The notes: generated by a model not told the origin, from the sequence alone. Positions 21,001 to 30,209 are shown, numbered from the stretch's first letter. The stretch: 64,000 bases of DNA from Candidatus Humimicrobiaceae bacterium (GCA_036514895.1 DATBWH010000051.1:122-64121), one strand, 5' to 3'. Translations and numbers: made by a program.

Positions 21001-21894
21001 TATCCTTCCCCCGGTCCCGGTTTCAGCTCCCGGAAATGGTGCTACCCCGCTTGGGAAGTTATGGGTCTCGGCAGTAAATATGAGATGATATGTAAACTTC
21101 TTATTGTAAAATTTGGAACAGATTCCGGGATGTTCCGGTATGATTGTCCAAACGCTGTAACCTTTAATACCACTTGAGTTATCCTTGAATGCTATTATGC
21201 TATTGGAAGGATTACTTATCAGAGGAGATTTTATTATCTCCATCAGGGTCTCGGGAATTTCCTTCCCATCGATTATTAGTTTACCCTTAAAAAACCAGTG
21301 ACGTGAGTGTTCACTATTAGCCTGACCAAGCTGGAAACATTCCACACTTGTGGGGTTTCTTCCTATGGTGTTCACAAATAAATCATAGTAAAACCTGATA
21401 TCCCATTCATCCATTCCCAGGCCTATTTTCCGATTAAACCTCTTAAGTTCTTCTGCGCCATTTTCTATTAAAGATATCGGATACACTTTTTCCGGCACAA
21501 TACCGGTCTCGAATGTTTGCAGTGGACCCGGATATACACATTCTGTCATCCGGTCGTGGTGTGCATCTATAAATTGCGGCAGGTTGGTTTCGGGTAAAAG
21601 AGCGTATCGTTTTGAGAGTTCAAGACGGGTGACCTTTTCCAATCCACAGGTATGACATATAGCTACCGCATTTGTCGAAAATGCAGTTTCGAAATTCAAC
21701 CTTGGGCCGATTTCGATTATATTTCTTTTTTTACCGGCAAGAAATGTTTTCTCTCCGAAATTCTCCGCTTCGAATGTTTCCGCAAGCAGCCATTTGAGTA
21801 CATCTAATTCAGATTTGGTAAAGGATTTTAAGGTTTCTATGTAGTAGCAATATTCTAAATTTCTATCTGCAAGCCGGTAAAACCGCTGTATCAT
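18076..21894 (-). CDS. purL: Phosphoribosylformylglycinamidine synthase, single-chain large form (PurL with fused glutaminase domain)
   Basis: A 1272-aa ORF. FGAM synthetase domains are followed by a C-terminal class I glutamine amidotransferase region (GVCNGAQ). Confidence 0.95.
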   Translation of the reverse strand: MIQRFYRLADRNLEYCYYIETLKSFTKSELDVLKWLLAETFEAENFGEKTFLAGKKRNIIEIGPRLNFETAFSTNAVAICHTCGLEKVTRLELSKRYALLPETNLPQFIDAHHDRMTECVYPGPLQTFETGIVPEKVYPISLIENGAEELKRFNRKIGLGMDEWDIRFYYDLFVNTIGRNPTSVECFQLGQANSEHSRHWFFKGKLIIDGKEIPETLMEIIKSPLISNPSNSIIAFKDNSSGIKGYSVWTIIPEHPGICSKFYNKKFTYHLIFTAETHNFPSGVAPFPGAETGTGGRIRDVQATGRGGLVIAGTAGYCTGNLNIPGYMIPGENNKFLYPSNLASPLKIMIRESDGASDYGNKFGEPVIQGFTRTFGLRLPDGQRREWVKPIMFTGGIGQIDSRHIKKEKPEKGMKIVQVGGPAYRIGMGGGAASSMVQGENREELDFNAVQRGNAQMEQKMNRVIRACIEMGDGNPILSIHDQGAGGPCNVLTELVEPAGGRIEIRNIQVGDKTMSVLEIWGAEYQERNAFLIKTECLKIFQDICEREKVNCEILGEITGDGQIVVHDSRDNTTPVDLNLEEILSNIPKKIFNLESISAELKPLQLPEDLSVEKVLKLIFKLPSVGSKGFLVRKVDRSVTGLIARQQCCGPLQLPVADVSAVAQSHFGLSGAAFSIGEQPIKILVNPEAGARMALGEALTNMVWALISDLEHIKCSVNWMWAAKLPGGGAALYRAAVSISRLMKEIGIAVDGGKDSLSMAAQVEQEIVKAPGQVVVSAYCSMTDITRILTPDIKSPGKSKLMLIDLAPGKNRLGGSALAQVLGQIGDDSPDVENPVLLINAFRAVQKIIKENLILAGHDRSDGGLMTTLVEMSMAGNCGIEVKSSKKEEMISRLFSEELGLVLEYLPQNEASITDILDKSTIPFVILGKTSKKRRVVIYQGGEKRFDIDTPTLLSWWESTSDQFEQHQMNIEMAKEQAKSHDRPGPSYHLSFRPEGTPEKLLRRVKKPAVAIIREEGSNGDREMTSAFFSAGFEPWDVTMTDLLDGDVTLDKFRGVVFVGGFAHADVLDSAKGWAGIIKFNPKLQKMFDNFYKREDTFSLGVCNGAQLMALLGWVPWRGINESKQIRFIRNPSGRFESRWVTVKISKSPSIMLKGMEDSILGIWVAHREGYLFCPDSKILAEVSKKGLAPIHFVDDKGMPTEKYPFNPNSSPHGFTSLCSPDGRHLVMMPHPERTFLLWQWPWMPENWQSSLKVSPWLKMFQNARKWCEENS

Positions 21895-21960
21895 TCTTTT
21901 ATTTTCCTATCTTTACTGCAGGTAATAAACTTGTTTTATCGAATGGAACAAATCCTGTAA

Positions 21961-23262
21961 TCAAATATTTTCCAATCTTCCAATTATTTTATCTATATAT
22001 CTTAAATGATACTTAACATCAAATAATTCTTCTAACTCATCTCTCGTCAATAATGATAGTATCTTTTTCTCTTTGAGCAGGTTTTCTTTAAAATCACCTT
22101 CATCGTTCCAGGCCTTAAGGGCTGCTTTTTGAACCAGCGCGTAAGCATCTTCTCTCTTCATGCCTTTTTTTATAAGTTCCAGCAGCACCCGCTGTGAAAA
22201 AATAATGCCTCCGTATTTCATCAGATTTCTTTTCATATTTGATTCGATTACATTAAGACCCTTGATAACAAATATTGATTTTTCGAGCATATAATCAAGC
22301 AATATAAAACTGTCGGGAATTATTATTCTCTCCGCTGAAGAATGTGATATGTCTCTTTCATGCCATAATGGAATATTTTCCAGAGCTGCTATGCTGTTCG
22401 ATCTTAGAACCCGGGCTAATCCGCAGATCCTTTCGCAAATGATAGGATTTTTCTTATGGGGCATAGCGGAAGACCCTTTTTGTCCTTCGCTAAATGGTTC
22501 TTCTACTTCTTTGACATCTGTTCTCTGCAGATTTCTTATCTCCAGTGCTATTTTTTCAAGAGTCGCACCGCAAATTGCCAGAGCCGAGATCAACTGTGCA
22601 TGCCTGTCTCTCTGAAGGATCTGAGTAGAAGCAGGAGATGGTTTCAATCCCAGAATATCGCAGACTTTCACCTCGACTTCCGGTGAAGTGTTTGCATAAG
22701 TACCAACAGCACCGGATATTTTTCCATATCCTATATTTTCCCTGGCTTGCTTTAATCTTTCCAGATTTCTTGCCATCTCAAAAGCATATATACAGAATTT
22801 AAGTCCAAGAGTTATTGGTTCTGCATGGATACCGTGAGTTCTGCCTACCATGACCGTATGACTGTGTTTTTTGGATTGAGATTTTAAGATATCAAGCAGC
22901 TTTTTGATCTTTTTTTCAATTATCTCCATTGCTTCAAGCATCTGAAGCGAAAGAGAGCTATCCCCGATATCCGATGAGGTCAAGCCGTAATGAAGATATC
23001 TGGACGACTGCCCGATATAAGAAGATACGTTGGTAAGAAAGGCAATGACGTCATGATTTGTCTTCTCCTCGATCTCATTTATTTTTGAGACTTCAAACTT
23101 TGCATTCTTCGTTATGTCATCTGCAGCTTTTCTGGGAATAATACCCAGATCCGCCTGTGCCATTGCTACTGCTTTTTCGATTTCAAGCCATTTCCTGAAT
23201 TTATTCTCTTCACTCCATACAGCACCCATCTCTTTTGTTGTGTATCTGGGAATCATAACCAC
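21961..23262 (-). CDS. purB: Adenylosuccinate lyase
   Basis: The fumarate-lyase signature region GSSAMPHKKNP is present. Length 433 aa. Confidence 0.9.
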   Translation of the reverse strand: MVMIPRYTTKEMGAVWSEENKFRKWLEIEKAVAMAQADLGIIPRKAADDITKNAKFEVSKINEIEEKTNHDVIAFLTNVSSYIGQSSRYLHYGLTSSDIGDSSLSLQMLEAMEIIEKKIKKLLDILKSQSKKHSHTVMVGRTHGIHAEPITLGLKFCIYAFEMARNLERLKQARENIGYGKISGAVGTYANTSPEVEVKVCDILGLKPSPASTQILQRDRHAQLISALAICGATLEKIALEIRNLQRTDVKEVEEPFSEGQKGSSAMPHKKNPIICERICGLARVLRSNSIAALENIPLWHERDISHSSAERIIIPDSFILLDYMLEKSIFVIKGLNVIESNMKRNLMKYGGIIFSQRVLLELIKKGMKREDAYALVQKAALKAWNDEGDFKENLLKEKKILSLLTRDELEELFDVKYHLRYIDKIIGRLENI

Positions 23263-23337
23263 TCCTAATAGTAAAAAATATTAATGGATCTTGCCCATTT
23301 ATTTCTATCTATATAATCGGTAAATAACCAATATGGG

Positions 23338-23670
23338 CTATATTAATTCTTCTAATATTTTTTCTCTGAAAGTCTGATAATTTTTTGAATCATTAAGGTC
23401 CAGCAGTTCTTCACCGCAATCATAAAAGACCTGATCGTAATCAGCCAGACAAATATCCGAGATTTGTAAAAGCCATTTATTGTTAAGTTTCCAGCTTTTC
23501 AAATCATTTAACCAGTTTTTTTCACCGGCTGGTACATTATCTTTTATAAAATGATCAAGTTTTATTGATTTTTTTGAAACCTGCAGCAGAAAATCGACCT
23601 TATCGGTAAGAGACGAAATATTTGCTATGCTTAAATCCATGTCTCCGGCCACTAACATCTCCTCTGACAA
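23338..23670 (-). CDS. Hypothetical protein
   Basis: A 110-aa ORF between purB and the LCP gene with no recognisable motif. Confidence 0.35.
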   Translation of the reverse strand: MSEEMLVAGDMDLSIANISSLTDKVDFLLQVSKKSIKLDHFIKDNVPAGEKNWLNDLKSWKLNNKWLLQISDICLADYDQVFYDCGEELLDLNDSKNYQTFREKILEELI

Positions 23671-23764
23671 TTTTGTATTTTATTCCCTTTAATAATAAAG
23701 GATACGGTGTCTTTTCAAATATATTTTTTAAGATCAATAATACAACTTTTATTTCTTTATATTT

Positions 23765-24589
23765 TTATTTCAGATAATCATTTAAAAAACTTATAACTTC
23801 TTCTTTGTCTGCAATTAAATAGCTTATGCCATCTATATTAGCTGGTTCAGTAGGTATCGTAACCTGGTTCATATCCTTACTGGAAAATAATAACACAAAT
23901 CCTATAGAACCAAAATCCCATATCGTAAAATCAGATCTGGTTTCTGCATTCAAGACCCTAATGATCTGAGGAGCTTTCGTGACTATTGAAAAATTAAGCT
24001 TCTGTCTTATTATTTCGCTGAGTAAATACTTCTGTCTGTTCACTCTATCAAAATCGGATCCTGATGTTGATGATCTGTCCCTGACAAATGCCAGTGACTG
24101 CTCCCCGTTCATCGTATAAGTCCCGGGATTAAAATCGGTACCGGATAAGGGATCATGAAGAGGTTCCGCTACTGTTATCTCGATTCCCCCCAGTATATCT
24201 ATGATTTCCTTGAAACCATTGAAATTTACAACCATTACACTGTCGATTTCGATATCGGTTAGTTCATATATCTCCTGTTTTATCATTTCATCTCCGCCAT
24301 ATTTATAAGCTGCATTGATCTTGTTCCATCCATGACCTTCCAGATCTACCCGGGTATCCCTGGGAATAGAAATTAGGCTATCTTTCTCTCCCCAGCTGCT
24401 GATGTGGTAGATTATGATAGTGTCGGTCAAACTATTGAACTCATTGCTTTCCTCTCTTTCGTCCATACCAAGAAGCAGTATATCTTTTCCGCCAGGATTT
24501 AGATTTATAAGAGAGATAATCACAAATAGCAGAATGATCACTACTAAAATAACCAGTATACTAATAAAACAACCCTTAGTCTTACTCAT
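23765..24589 (-). CDS. LytR-CpsA-Psr (LCP) family cell-wall polymer transferase
   Basis: An N-terminal TM helix is followed by the LCP core (ILLLGMDER...SIPRDTRVDLEGHGWNKINAAYKYGG). Confidence 0.85.
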   Translation of the reverse strand: MSKTKGCFISILVILVVIILLFVIISLINLNPGGKDILLLGMDEREESNEFNSLTDTIIIYHISSWGEKDSLISIPRDTRVDLEGHGWNKINAAYKYGGDEMIKQEIYELTDIEIDSVMVVNFNGFKEIIDILGGIEITVAEPLHDPLSGTDFNPGTYTMNGEQSLAFVRDRSSTSGSDFDRVNRQKYLLSEIIRQKLNFSIVTKAPQIIRVLNAETRSDFTIWDFGSIGFVLLFSSKDMNQVTIPTEPANIDGISYLIADKEEVISFLNDYLK

Positions 24590-24618
24590 ATCTAATTTAT
24601 TTTCCGTATCCTTGAAGA

Positions 24619-25263
24619 TTACTTGTATTCTGCATATCCGGTGTGAGATAAATAATACAGAGTGTGGAGTAATTTTTCAATAGGATCAGTTGTCTCGATT
24701 CTTACACTTGATGCAGCTTTAATAGGGACCGATGTATAATTTATTATTACTTTAACGTCGGCTTCGACCAGAATATCCGTTACTTTTTGTGCAGAGTCCG
24801 GAGGGACCGCCAGTATCGATATTTCTATGTTCTTTTTTTTGAATATATCCCTGACCTGATTTATATCCAATACTTCAGATCCGGATATTACTCTTCCTAT
24901 CACCTCCGGATTATTATCGAAAACATTTTCAATCTTAAATCCAAATCTTTCCAGCATCTTGTATTTTAAAATCGCCTTGCCCAGATTACCTGCACCAATC
25001 AAAGCGATACGGACGGATCTATCATAACCCAAAATCTTGTTGAATGATTTAATAAGGTCATCTATATTGAATCCAACGCCTCTTTTGCCCTTTATCCCGA
25101 AATATATCAAGTCTCTTCTTACTTCTGCACTATTTATCCCTGTATTTTTGCTGATGTCTCTGGAAGTTGTAGTCCTCTTGCCTAGCTCTTTCAGCTGTAC
25201 TATATATTTTAAATATTGAGATAATCTTGAAATAACACCTTCGGAATATATTTTCTCGACCAT
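24619..25263 (-). CDS. rex: Redox-sensing transcriptional repressor Rex
   Basis: A winged-helix N-terminus (SRLSQYLKYI...SRDISKNTGINSAEVRRDL) is followed by a Rossmann motif (IALIGAGNLGKAI). Confidence 0.9.
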   Translation of the reverse strand: MVEKIYSEGVISRLSQYLKYIVQLKELGKRTTTSRDISKNTGINSAEVRRDLIYFGIKGKRGVGFNIDDLIKSFNKILGYDRSVRIALIGAGNLGKAILKYKMLERFGFKIENVFDNNPEVIGRVISGSEVLDINQVRDIFKKKNIEISILAVPPDSAQKVTDILVEADVKVIINYTSVPIKAASSVRIETTDPIEKLLHTLYYLSHTGYAEYK

Positions 25264-25380
25264 TTAAAATCCATCCTTTGTAAATTTCTTATAGAATAGC
25301 TACGAATTAAACTTTGTAGCATAATTGTAACAGGATAAGCTGTCTTTTACAAGAAATCCGGATCAATATAAGAGAGGAAT

Positions 25381-26316
25381 TCAATCTTTTATCTTAAAAT
25401 CATAGATCCCGTCTTCTCTTAGAAAGATCCTGCCGCAATTTTTACATTTAACCTTCTTCTCAACCAAAATAAGAGAATCTTTGCCGCAGTAAGTGCAAAT
25501 CAAAATATCTTCGAGACTGGTCATTTTATTTCTGCTTGTATCTTCGGGCCCTGTTTTATTTAAGACACTCTTTAAGAAAATACTGGGACCGACAAGTACC
25601 CAGGAGAAAAATCTCTGATAAATTTTTTCAAAAAATAAAAGAGTTTTCGTGCCAGGAAATTTTTTTAGGAGATTCAGCCTGAAATTTGAAACACTAATTG
25701 ATTTCTTTATGGTAAAACTTCTTTTTTTAAGAAGATCCGATATGTAGTCAGGGTGAAAATTCAATATGGTCTCACCTACCTGTGAAGGTTTCAGGTTGAA
25801 AGGAGAAGCATCCATCCTTCTTATAAAAAATCTCAATATGTTTTTAAGATTCCTTTTATTGGCAAATTCTAAAAAAAACAATCCTTTACGCTTAAGTATT
25901 CTCGCAATCTCATCAAAACATTTTTCAGGATTATCCAGATGATGTATTACCCTGACCGTCAATATTGTATCTGCACAATTGGACTTAACCGGAAGAGAGG
26001 TTGCATCCGCTGCAATGAAATATACAGATGATAATTTCTCCGGGGTGTTTTTTAGAAATCTTTCTATCCTGTCTCTGGCATTTTTTAAATTATTAAGTGA
26101 ATAATCAACCAGAATTATGGTCTCAAAATCCTTATATTCATAAAACAAACGGCCGTAGCCGCAGCCGATATCAAAAAATATCTGATCTTTTCTTTCTACT
26201 CCGGCAATCAACCTCCTGAGAGCCATCCTTTCAGCTTTATCCTCATATGATCTTCTGTCATCTTCCCAGAACTTGCTGTAGTCATAACTCTCGTAGTCGG
26301 ATTTCCTGAAATTCAC
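25381..26316 (-). CDS. Class I SAM-dependent methyltransferase with C-terminal Trm112-like zinc ribbon
   Basis: The SAM motif FFDIGCGYGRL is present. The C-terminal CTYCG...CKNCG pair forms a Cys4 ribbon. Confidence 0.75.
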   Translation of the reverse strand: MNFRKSDYESYDYSKFWEDDRRSYEDKAERMALRRLIAGVERKDQIFFDIGCGYGRLFYEYKDFETIILVDYSLNNLKNARDRIERFLKNTPEKLSSVYFIAADATSLPVKSNCADTILTVRVIHHLDNPEKCFDEIARILKRKGLFFLEFANKRNLKNILRFFIRRMDASPFNLKPSQVGETILNFHPDYISDLLKKRSFTIKKSISVSNFRLNLLKKFPGTKTLLFFEKIYQRFFSWVLVGPSIFLKSVLNKTGPEDTSRNKMTSLEDILICTYCGKDSLILVEKKVKCKNCGRIFLREDGIYDFKIKD

Positions 26317-26436
26317 TTTCCGGTTCCTTTCTAATCCTTGAATGCAATTTGGAAAATTATCTTATTACAATCTTTTCCTTAATTTAAAAATATATATTAA
26401 TTATTGCAAATAATAAATGCAAATCTTTATCGGGAC

Positions 26437-26850
26437 TTAAGTTATTTCAATTTTTTCTTTTTTCAGATTTTCCTTTTTGCTTTTCTCGAGATTATTTTTT
26501 TCCGGAATACTTACATGGTCGAACTCCAGACTTGCCGCTACTATATCAGCCGTGATATTAGTGATATTGTATTTCTTACCTTCTTTGTTTTCCCAGCTTC
26601 TAAGGTTCAAATGACCGCTTATAAGAACTCTGTCTCCTTTTTTCAATGCAGCTGCACAATTTTCTGCAAGACCGCTCCAGGTAGTGACATTAAAAAAATC
26701 AACCATTTCGGACTCTTTTCCATTTTTATCGGTCCATTTTTTATTTACAGCAAGACCCATCTCGGTAATAGCTATTCCTTCATTTGTATATTTGATTTCC
26801 GGATTGCGGGTAAGATTCCCCAGCAAATATATATTATTTACATAATTCAT
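26437..26850 (-). CDS. ssb: Single-stranded DNA-binding protein paralog lacking the acidic C-terminal tail (SsbB-like)
   Basis: A clear OB-fold SSB, judged by eye against E. coli SSB (VNNIYLLGNLTRNPEIKY; WSGLAENCAAALKKGDRVLISGHLNLRSWENKEG). Length 137 aa. There is no Gly/Pro linker and no DDDIPF-type tip. Confidence 0.85.
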   Translation of the reverse strand: MNYVNNIYLLGNLTRNPEIKYTNEGIAITEMGLAVNKKWTDKNGKESEMVDFFNVTTWSGLAENCAAALKKGDRVLISGHLNLRSWENKEGKKYNITNITADIVAASLEFDHVSIPEKNNLEKSKKENLKKEKIEIT

Positions 26851-26906
26851 AAATAAATCCTCCTGTCTTATAAGTTATTATCTAAATATGATCTTAATAA
26901 AGATTT

Positions 26907-27335
26907 TCAATACTCAAATTTATAGGTCTTGCAATAACCGAATCGATCATCCCATGGGTATATGACATTAGTTTTAGAAGTCGATCTGATGCTGCTGCTT
27001 TTTGTAATAAACTTGTCTATTAATACAAAATCGAGTGTCTTTTCTACAGTAACAATTACATCGTCATAGTCATAACTACATTCAACAAGAATACAATTGT
27101 TCTTTCGAGCCAATTCTTCGGCAATCATATTGCAATAAGAATCCTCAAAAAATAACAGGTTTTGTGCAACAGCAAGCGAAACGGCATCGGAAGCATTTTT
27201 TGTTTCCTCCCGTGCTATGAAAATCTGGCATAAGTCGAAAATAAGAAGAAACAAAATTGAAAATATGATTACCGCAGCCAGCGCGAAAAAAGATATATTA
27301 CCCCTATTTTGTGTATTTAAATCTTTTAGTAGCAT
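26907..27335 (-). CDS. TadE/TadG-like pseudopilin (Tad-locus minor pilin-like protein)
   Basis: The N-terminal hydrophobic segment and the TKNASDAVSLAVAQNL motif resemble the Tad/TadG N-terminal domain. It overlaps the upstream tadE. Confidence 0.5.
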   Translation of the reverse strand: MLLKDLNTQNRGNISFFALAAVIIFSILFLLIFDLCQIFIAREETKNASDAVSLAVAQNLLFFEDSYCNMIAEELARKNNCILVECSYDYDDVIVTVEKTLDFVLIDKFITKSSSIRSTSKTNVIYPWDDRFGYCKTYKFEY

Positions 27336-27784
27336 TCCATCCTCATATTACTCTTAGCTTTTATAATACTATCCTTTCCCGAAAATATTCCCTGCAAACC
27401 AGTAATATCTGCATTTTTGTATATGACAGTCACCTCAATCATATCCCCGACTTTTCTGGAAGCCCTGCTTTCCGGAGAGACTTTTATTTCAAGCATATTC
27501 TGATCCAGACCAGAACAGACTTCTTTTATGCATGCATATGCTTCCTGATCGGAATTGGTAGTAGCAATCACTCTTGCTCCTTCACGAGCTGCCTGCTCCA
27601 ATATATTTTTCTGATAGATCAGTAATCCAAAATGGGAAACAGCTAAAATTATTAAAATCAATAGAGGAATAATCAAAATAAACTCCAGTGAAGCCTGACC
27701 ATCCGGATCATGTCCTGATATCTTTGATTTATTCTTTCTTTTATTTATATCCATAATGATTTTTAACATAAAACTGTTTCCCAT
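27326..27784 (-). CDS. tadE: TadE-like pilus assembly protein
   Basis: The N-terminal G-QASLEFILIIPLLILIIL motif is characteristic of TadE/TadF. Confidence 0.7.
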   Translation of the reverse strand: MGNSFMLKIIMDINKRKNKSKISGHDPDGQASLEFILIIPLLILIILAVSHFGLLIYQKNILEQAAREGARVIATTNSDQEAYACIKEVCSGLDQNMLEIKVSPESRASRKVGDMIEVTVIYKNADITGLQGIFSGKDSIIKAKSNMRMECY

Positions 27785-27824
27785 TCTTTTTATTTGCAGA
27801 GAATAATTTACTCTTCATTGGGTT

Positions 27825-28016
27825 TTAAACCATCGAAGCTATTTTCCCAAATACCTTTGAAATGACATCGATTATCAGTGGTTTGCCTACTGCTATGAGG
27901 ATTGCGCTTATTATTCCTGCAATTACCGTAACCAGTGCATACTCGAGAGTAGATTGTCCTTTCTGGCACCAGAATTTTATTCTAATGCCACTCTTTTTTA
28001 TTTTTATTTTACTCAC
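27825..28016 (-). CDS. flp: Flp-family type IVb pilin precursor
   Basis: A 63-aa protein with a basic leader, then G/QSTLEYALVTVIAGIISAILIAV (Flp G-xxxxEY processing motif plus a hydrophobic helix). The RBS GGAGG lies upstream. Confidence 0.7.
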   Translation of the reverse strand: MSKIKIKKSGIRIKFWCQKGQSTLEYALVTVIAGIISAILIAVGKPLIIDVISKVFGKIASMV

Positions 28017-28261
28017 CCCCCTCCATAAATATAAAAGTTAAGTTTTGAATCTTACACCTCCTTTTATTAATAAGTAATACCTTTGTGCATTTGTGCATAT
28101 ATCCATAACGATAATTTACCATATTTATTCAATTGTGTAAATACATAATTGATAATTTATTAAAATTTTCATAAAGATTTATTATGAAACCCTATATTTT
28201 TTACTTTTGTATTAATTAATGTATTAATAATTATATATTATTATTATTTAAGAGAATTCTC

Positions 28262-28472
28262 TTGACATTAATAATATAATGTATTAACATTCCTATGTAA
28301 TCTGCAATTTTTAGTTTTATTGAAAATTTAAATTTTATTAGTAATAGAGGCTAAGACTTACATTTCGTTATTGGGCACTTTGAAATGTAACGAGCCAGTG
28401 GTGCAACCGGCTATTGCTTTTTTATTGGAAAAAAGTTTGCCATCTAGCCTCTATGTTAGATGGCTTTTTTTT
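28262..28472 (+). promoter_or_regulatory. Candidate cis-regulatory leader with terminator/antiterminator alternative pairing upstream of the CAP-domain gene
   Basis: A possible -35 TTGACA at 28262. A terminator hairpin GCCATCTA-GCCTCTATGT-TAGATGGC plus T8 lies at 28439-28472. The upstream segment TAGAGGCTA (28345-28353) is exactly complementary to TAGCCTCTA in the 5' arm and loop of the terminator. An additional 9-bp hairpin is TTACATTTC/GAAATGTAA. Confidence 0.45.
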
Positions 28473-28483
28473 GGGATAAAACA

Positions 28484-29221
28484 ATGAAAAACGGGATTAA
28501 AAAAATATTAATAATATCACTGATTACAGCATTATTAGCATCAGTTATCTTTTTCTTTGCTTTTACCTATCAAACTGCAAACATAAGCACCAGCTTTACA
28601 GAAACCAGTAACTACAAAGCAGAAGATTTAGGGAAAACCGGCATAGTCCAGGAAAATGTATCCGTAAAAGATAATATTGCAGATACAGCAACAATACTGG
28701 CAAAGATATCAGACAACCTTGACAAGGAGATTGACAATATACGCTCGGATTATAATGCTGAAGTTCTTGGAAGTGCCGCAGCAAGCCAGACTGCCGAGGC
28801 TGCTGCTCCGGTAGCCTCTATTGCCAACTTAAGTGATTATGAAGCAGCAGTTCTTAACCTTATCAATAATATAAGAGTATCAAATGGACTTGGTGCACTG
28901 CAGTCAAATCAAATACTGACAGATATAGCCAGATATAGATGCAGTGACATGATAAATAATTCTTACTTTTCACATTATATGGCTGACGGCAGGAACATCT
29001 TCAATATACTTGGCGAAAATGGTGTCTCTTATGTAAATGCCGGAGAAAACCTGGGACAATCCACACCTGCTTCTAATGGGACTCCCGAAGCATTCGCAAA
29101 TGCATGGATGCAAAGTTCTACCCATAAGGCAAATATCTTGAGGTCCGTATATTCCAAGATTGGAATCGGAGTAGTCGATGGTGGAGATAGAAGAGTAGTA
29201 GCAACTGTATTTATGAATTAA
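28484..29221 (+). CDS. Secreted CAP/SCP/YkwD-domain protein
   Basis: A signal-peptide-like N-terminus (MKNGIKKILIISLITALLAS) and a C-terminal CAP domain (ARYRCSDMINNSYFSHY...HKANIL...YSKIGIGV). The ORF track starts at an ATG at 28460 inside the terminator hairpin. The ATG at 28484 is the more plausible start. Confidence 0.8.
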   Translation: MKNGIKKILIISLITALLASVIFFFAFTYQTANISTSFTETSNYKAEDLGKTGIVQENVSVKDNIADTATILAKISDNLDKEIDNIRSDYNAEVLGSAAASQTAEAAAPVASIANLSDYEAAVLNLINNIRVSNGLGALQSNQILTDIARYRCSDMINNSYFSHYMADGRNIFNILGENGVSYVNAGENLGQSTPASNGTPEAFANAWMQSSTHKANILRSVYSKIGIGVVDGGDRRVVATVFMN

Positions 29222-29256
29222 CTGTTTAAATCATATAAGTTTACGGACGCCTAGAC

Positions 29257-29295
29257 AAACACCCCGGATATTATTTATCCGGGGTGTTTAATTTT
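29257..29295 (+). terminator. Rho-independent terminator (AAACACCCCGGA...TCCGGGGTGTTT + T-run)
   Basis: A 12-bp perfect stem followed by AATTTTTAT, between the convergent CAP and tadC genes. Confidence 0.75.
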
Positions 29296-29309
29296 TATAG
29301 TCAAAAAAT

Positions 29310-30197
29310 CTAAAACTGCAAAAAATTTCCTCCCAGCGAAAATAAAAGCGGTCCGCCTACCAGGATCATAAAAGATGGCAAGATCAGAAAAACCAGCGGG
29401 AACAATGTCAATACTGTTATTCTTCTGATTTTTCTTTCAAGATTCTGATAAGCCTGGAACTTTATATGCCTGGATTTCTGTTTCAATATTTCGTTTATAG
29501 AAGAACCATACTTCTCTGCCTGGATAAGGAGAAAAATAAAACTTTTAAAATCTTCCGAAATACTCCTGTCCATAAGGTTTTTATACGCTTGAAGTTTACC
29601 GATGCCAATATCGATGTCTTTTATAAAATTAGATAGTTCAATACAAATTCTTCCCTTATACTTTTCGGCTATGATTTTCATTGCATTATAAATATTCTGC
29701 CCCGACAATGTCGCTACTGCCAGCAGATCTACTACATACGGTAAATCCCTCTCTATTTCATTTTTTCTTACTTTCTTGAAATTGCCAAGCAGCAGATTCG
29801 GAACAAAATAACCTGTCACCCCTGTGATAATACCCAATAGACCGGGACCTATCAGACTACTGCCGGATAGACTTCCCGCAGTGAAAAATAAAACAAATAA
29901 GATCACTTTATAGCCCATAAAAGTATCCAGAGTAAGGGATATTTTATTTTCATGTTCCAATAATCTTAAGAGTTCCTTATTTTCTTTTTTGACCTCGAAC
30001 CAGTGCCTGTTAATCAGAGATCTTCCAATTCTAAAAGCAATCGAATTCATTTTGTTTATAATTGCTGTAAAAAACTTTTTCTTCCCGGAATAATCTTTAT
30101 TTTTCGCGGTCCTGCGGTAACTTCTGGATTTAATAATATGAAATATAACCGAACATAGAAATATATAATACGATAATATGATTAAATATATAAACAT
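29310..30197 (-). CDS. tadC: Type II secretion system F-domain protein TadC
   Basis: A 295-aa polytopic protein with a T2SS-F-like domain. It is adjacent to tadB. Confidence 0.75.
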   Translation of the reverse strand: MFIYLIILSYYIFLCSVIFHIIKSRSYRRTAKNKDYSGKKKFFTAIINKMNSIAFRIGRSLINRHWFEVKKENKELLRLLEHENKISLTLDTFMGYKVILFVLFFTAGSLSGSSLIGPGLLGIITGVTGYFVPNLLLGNFKKVRKNEIERDLPYVVDLLAVATLSGQNIYNAMKIIAEKYKGRICIELSNFIKDIDIGIGKLQAYKNLMDRSISEDFKSFIFLLIQAEKYGSSINEILKQKSRHIKFQAYQNLERKIRRITVLTLFPLVFLILPSFMILVGGPLLFSLGGNFLQF

Positions 30198-30209
30198 ATC
30201 TAATTCCTG

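Noticed and set aside
23263-23764. Looked for a purine riboswitch or PurBox upstream of the purB-purL-purF-purM-purN-purH operon.
   Set aside because: No UUUCUACC-type guanine-riboswitch core or recognisable aptamer was found. The 5' region is occupied by a small hypothetical ORF.
26404-26856. A 150-aa plus-strand ORF.
   Set aside because: It is antisense to the well-supported ssb-like gene and is low-complexity (Phe/Ile-rich from AT-rich DNA).
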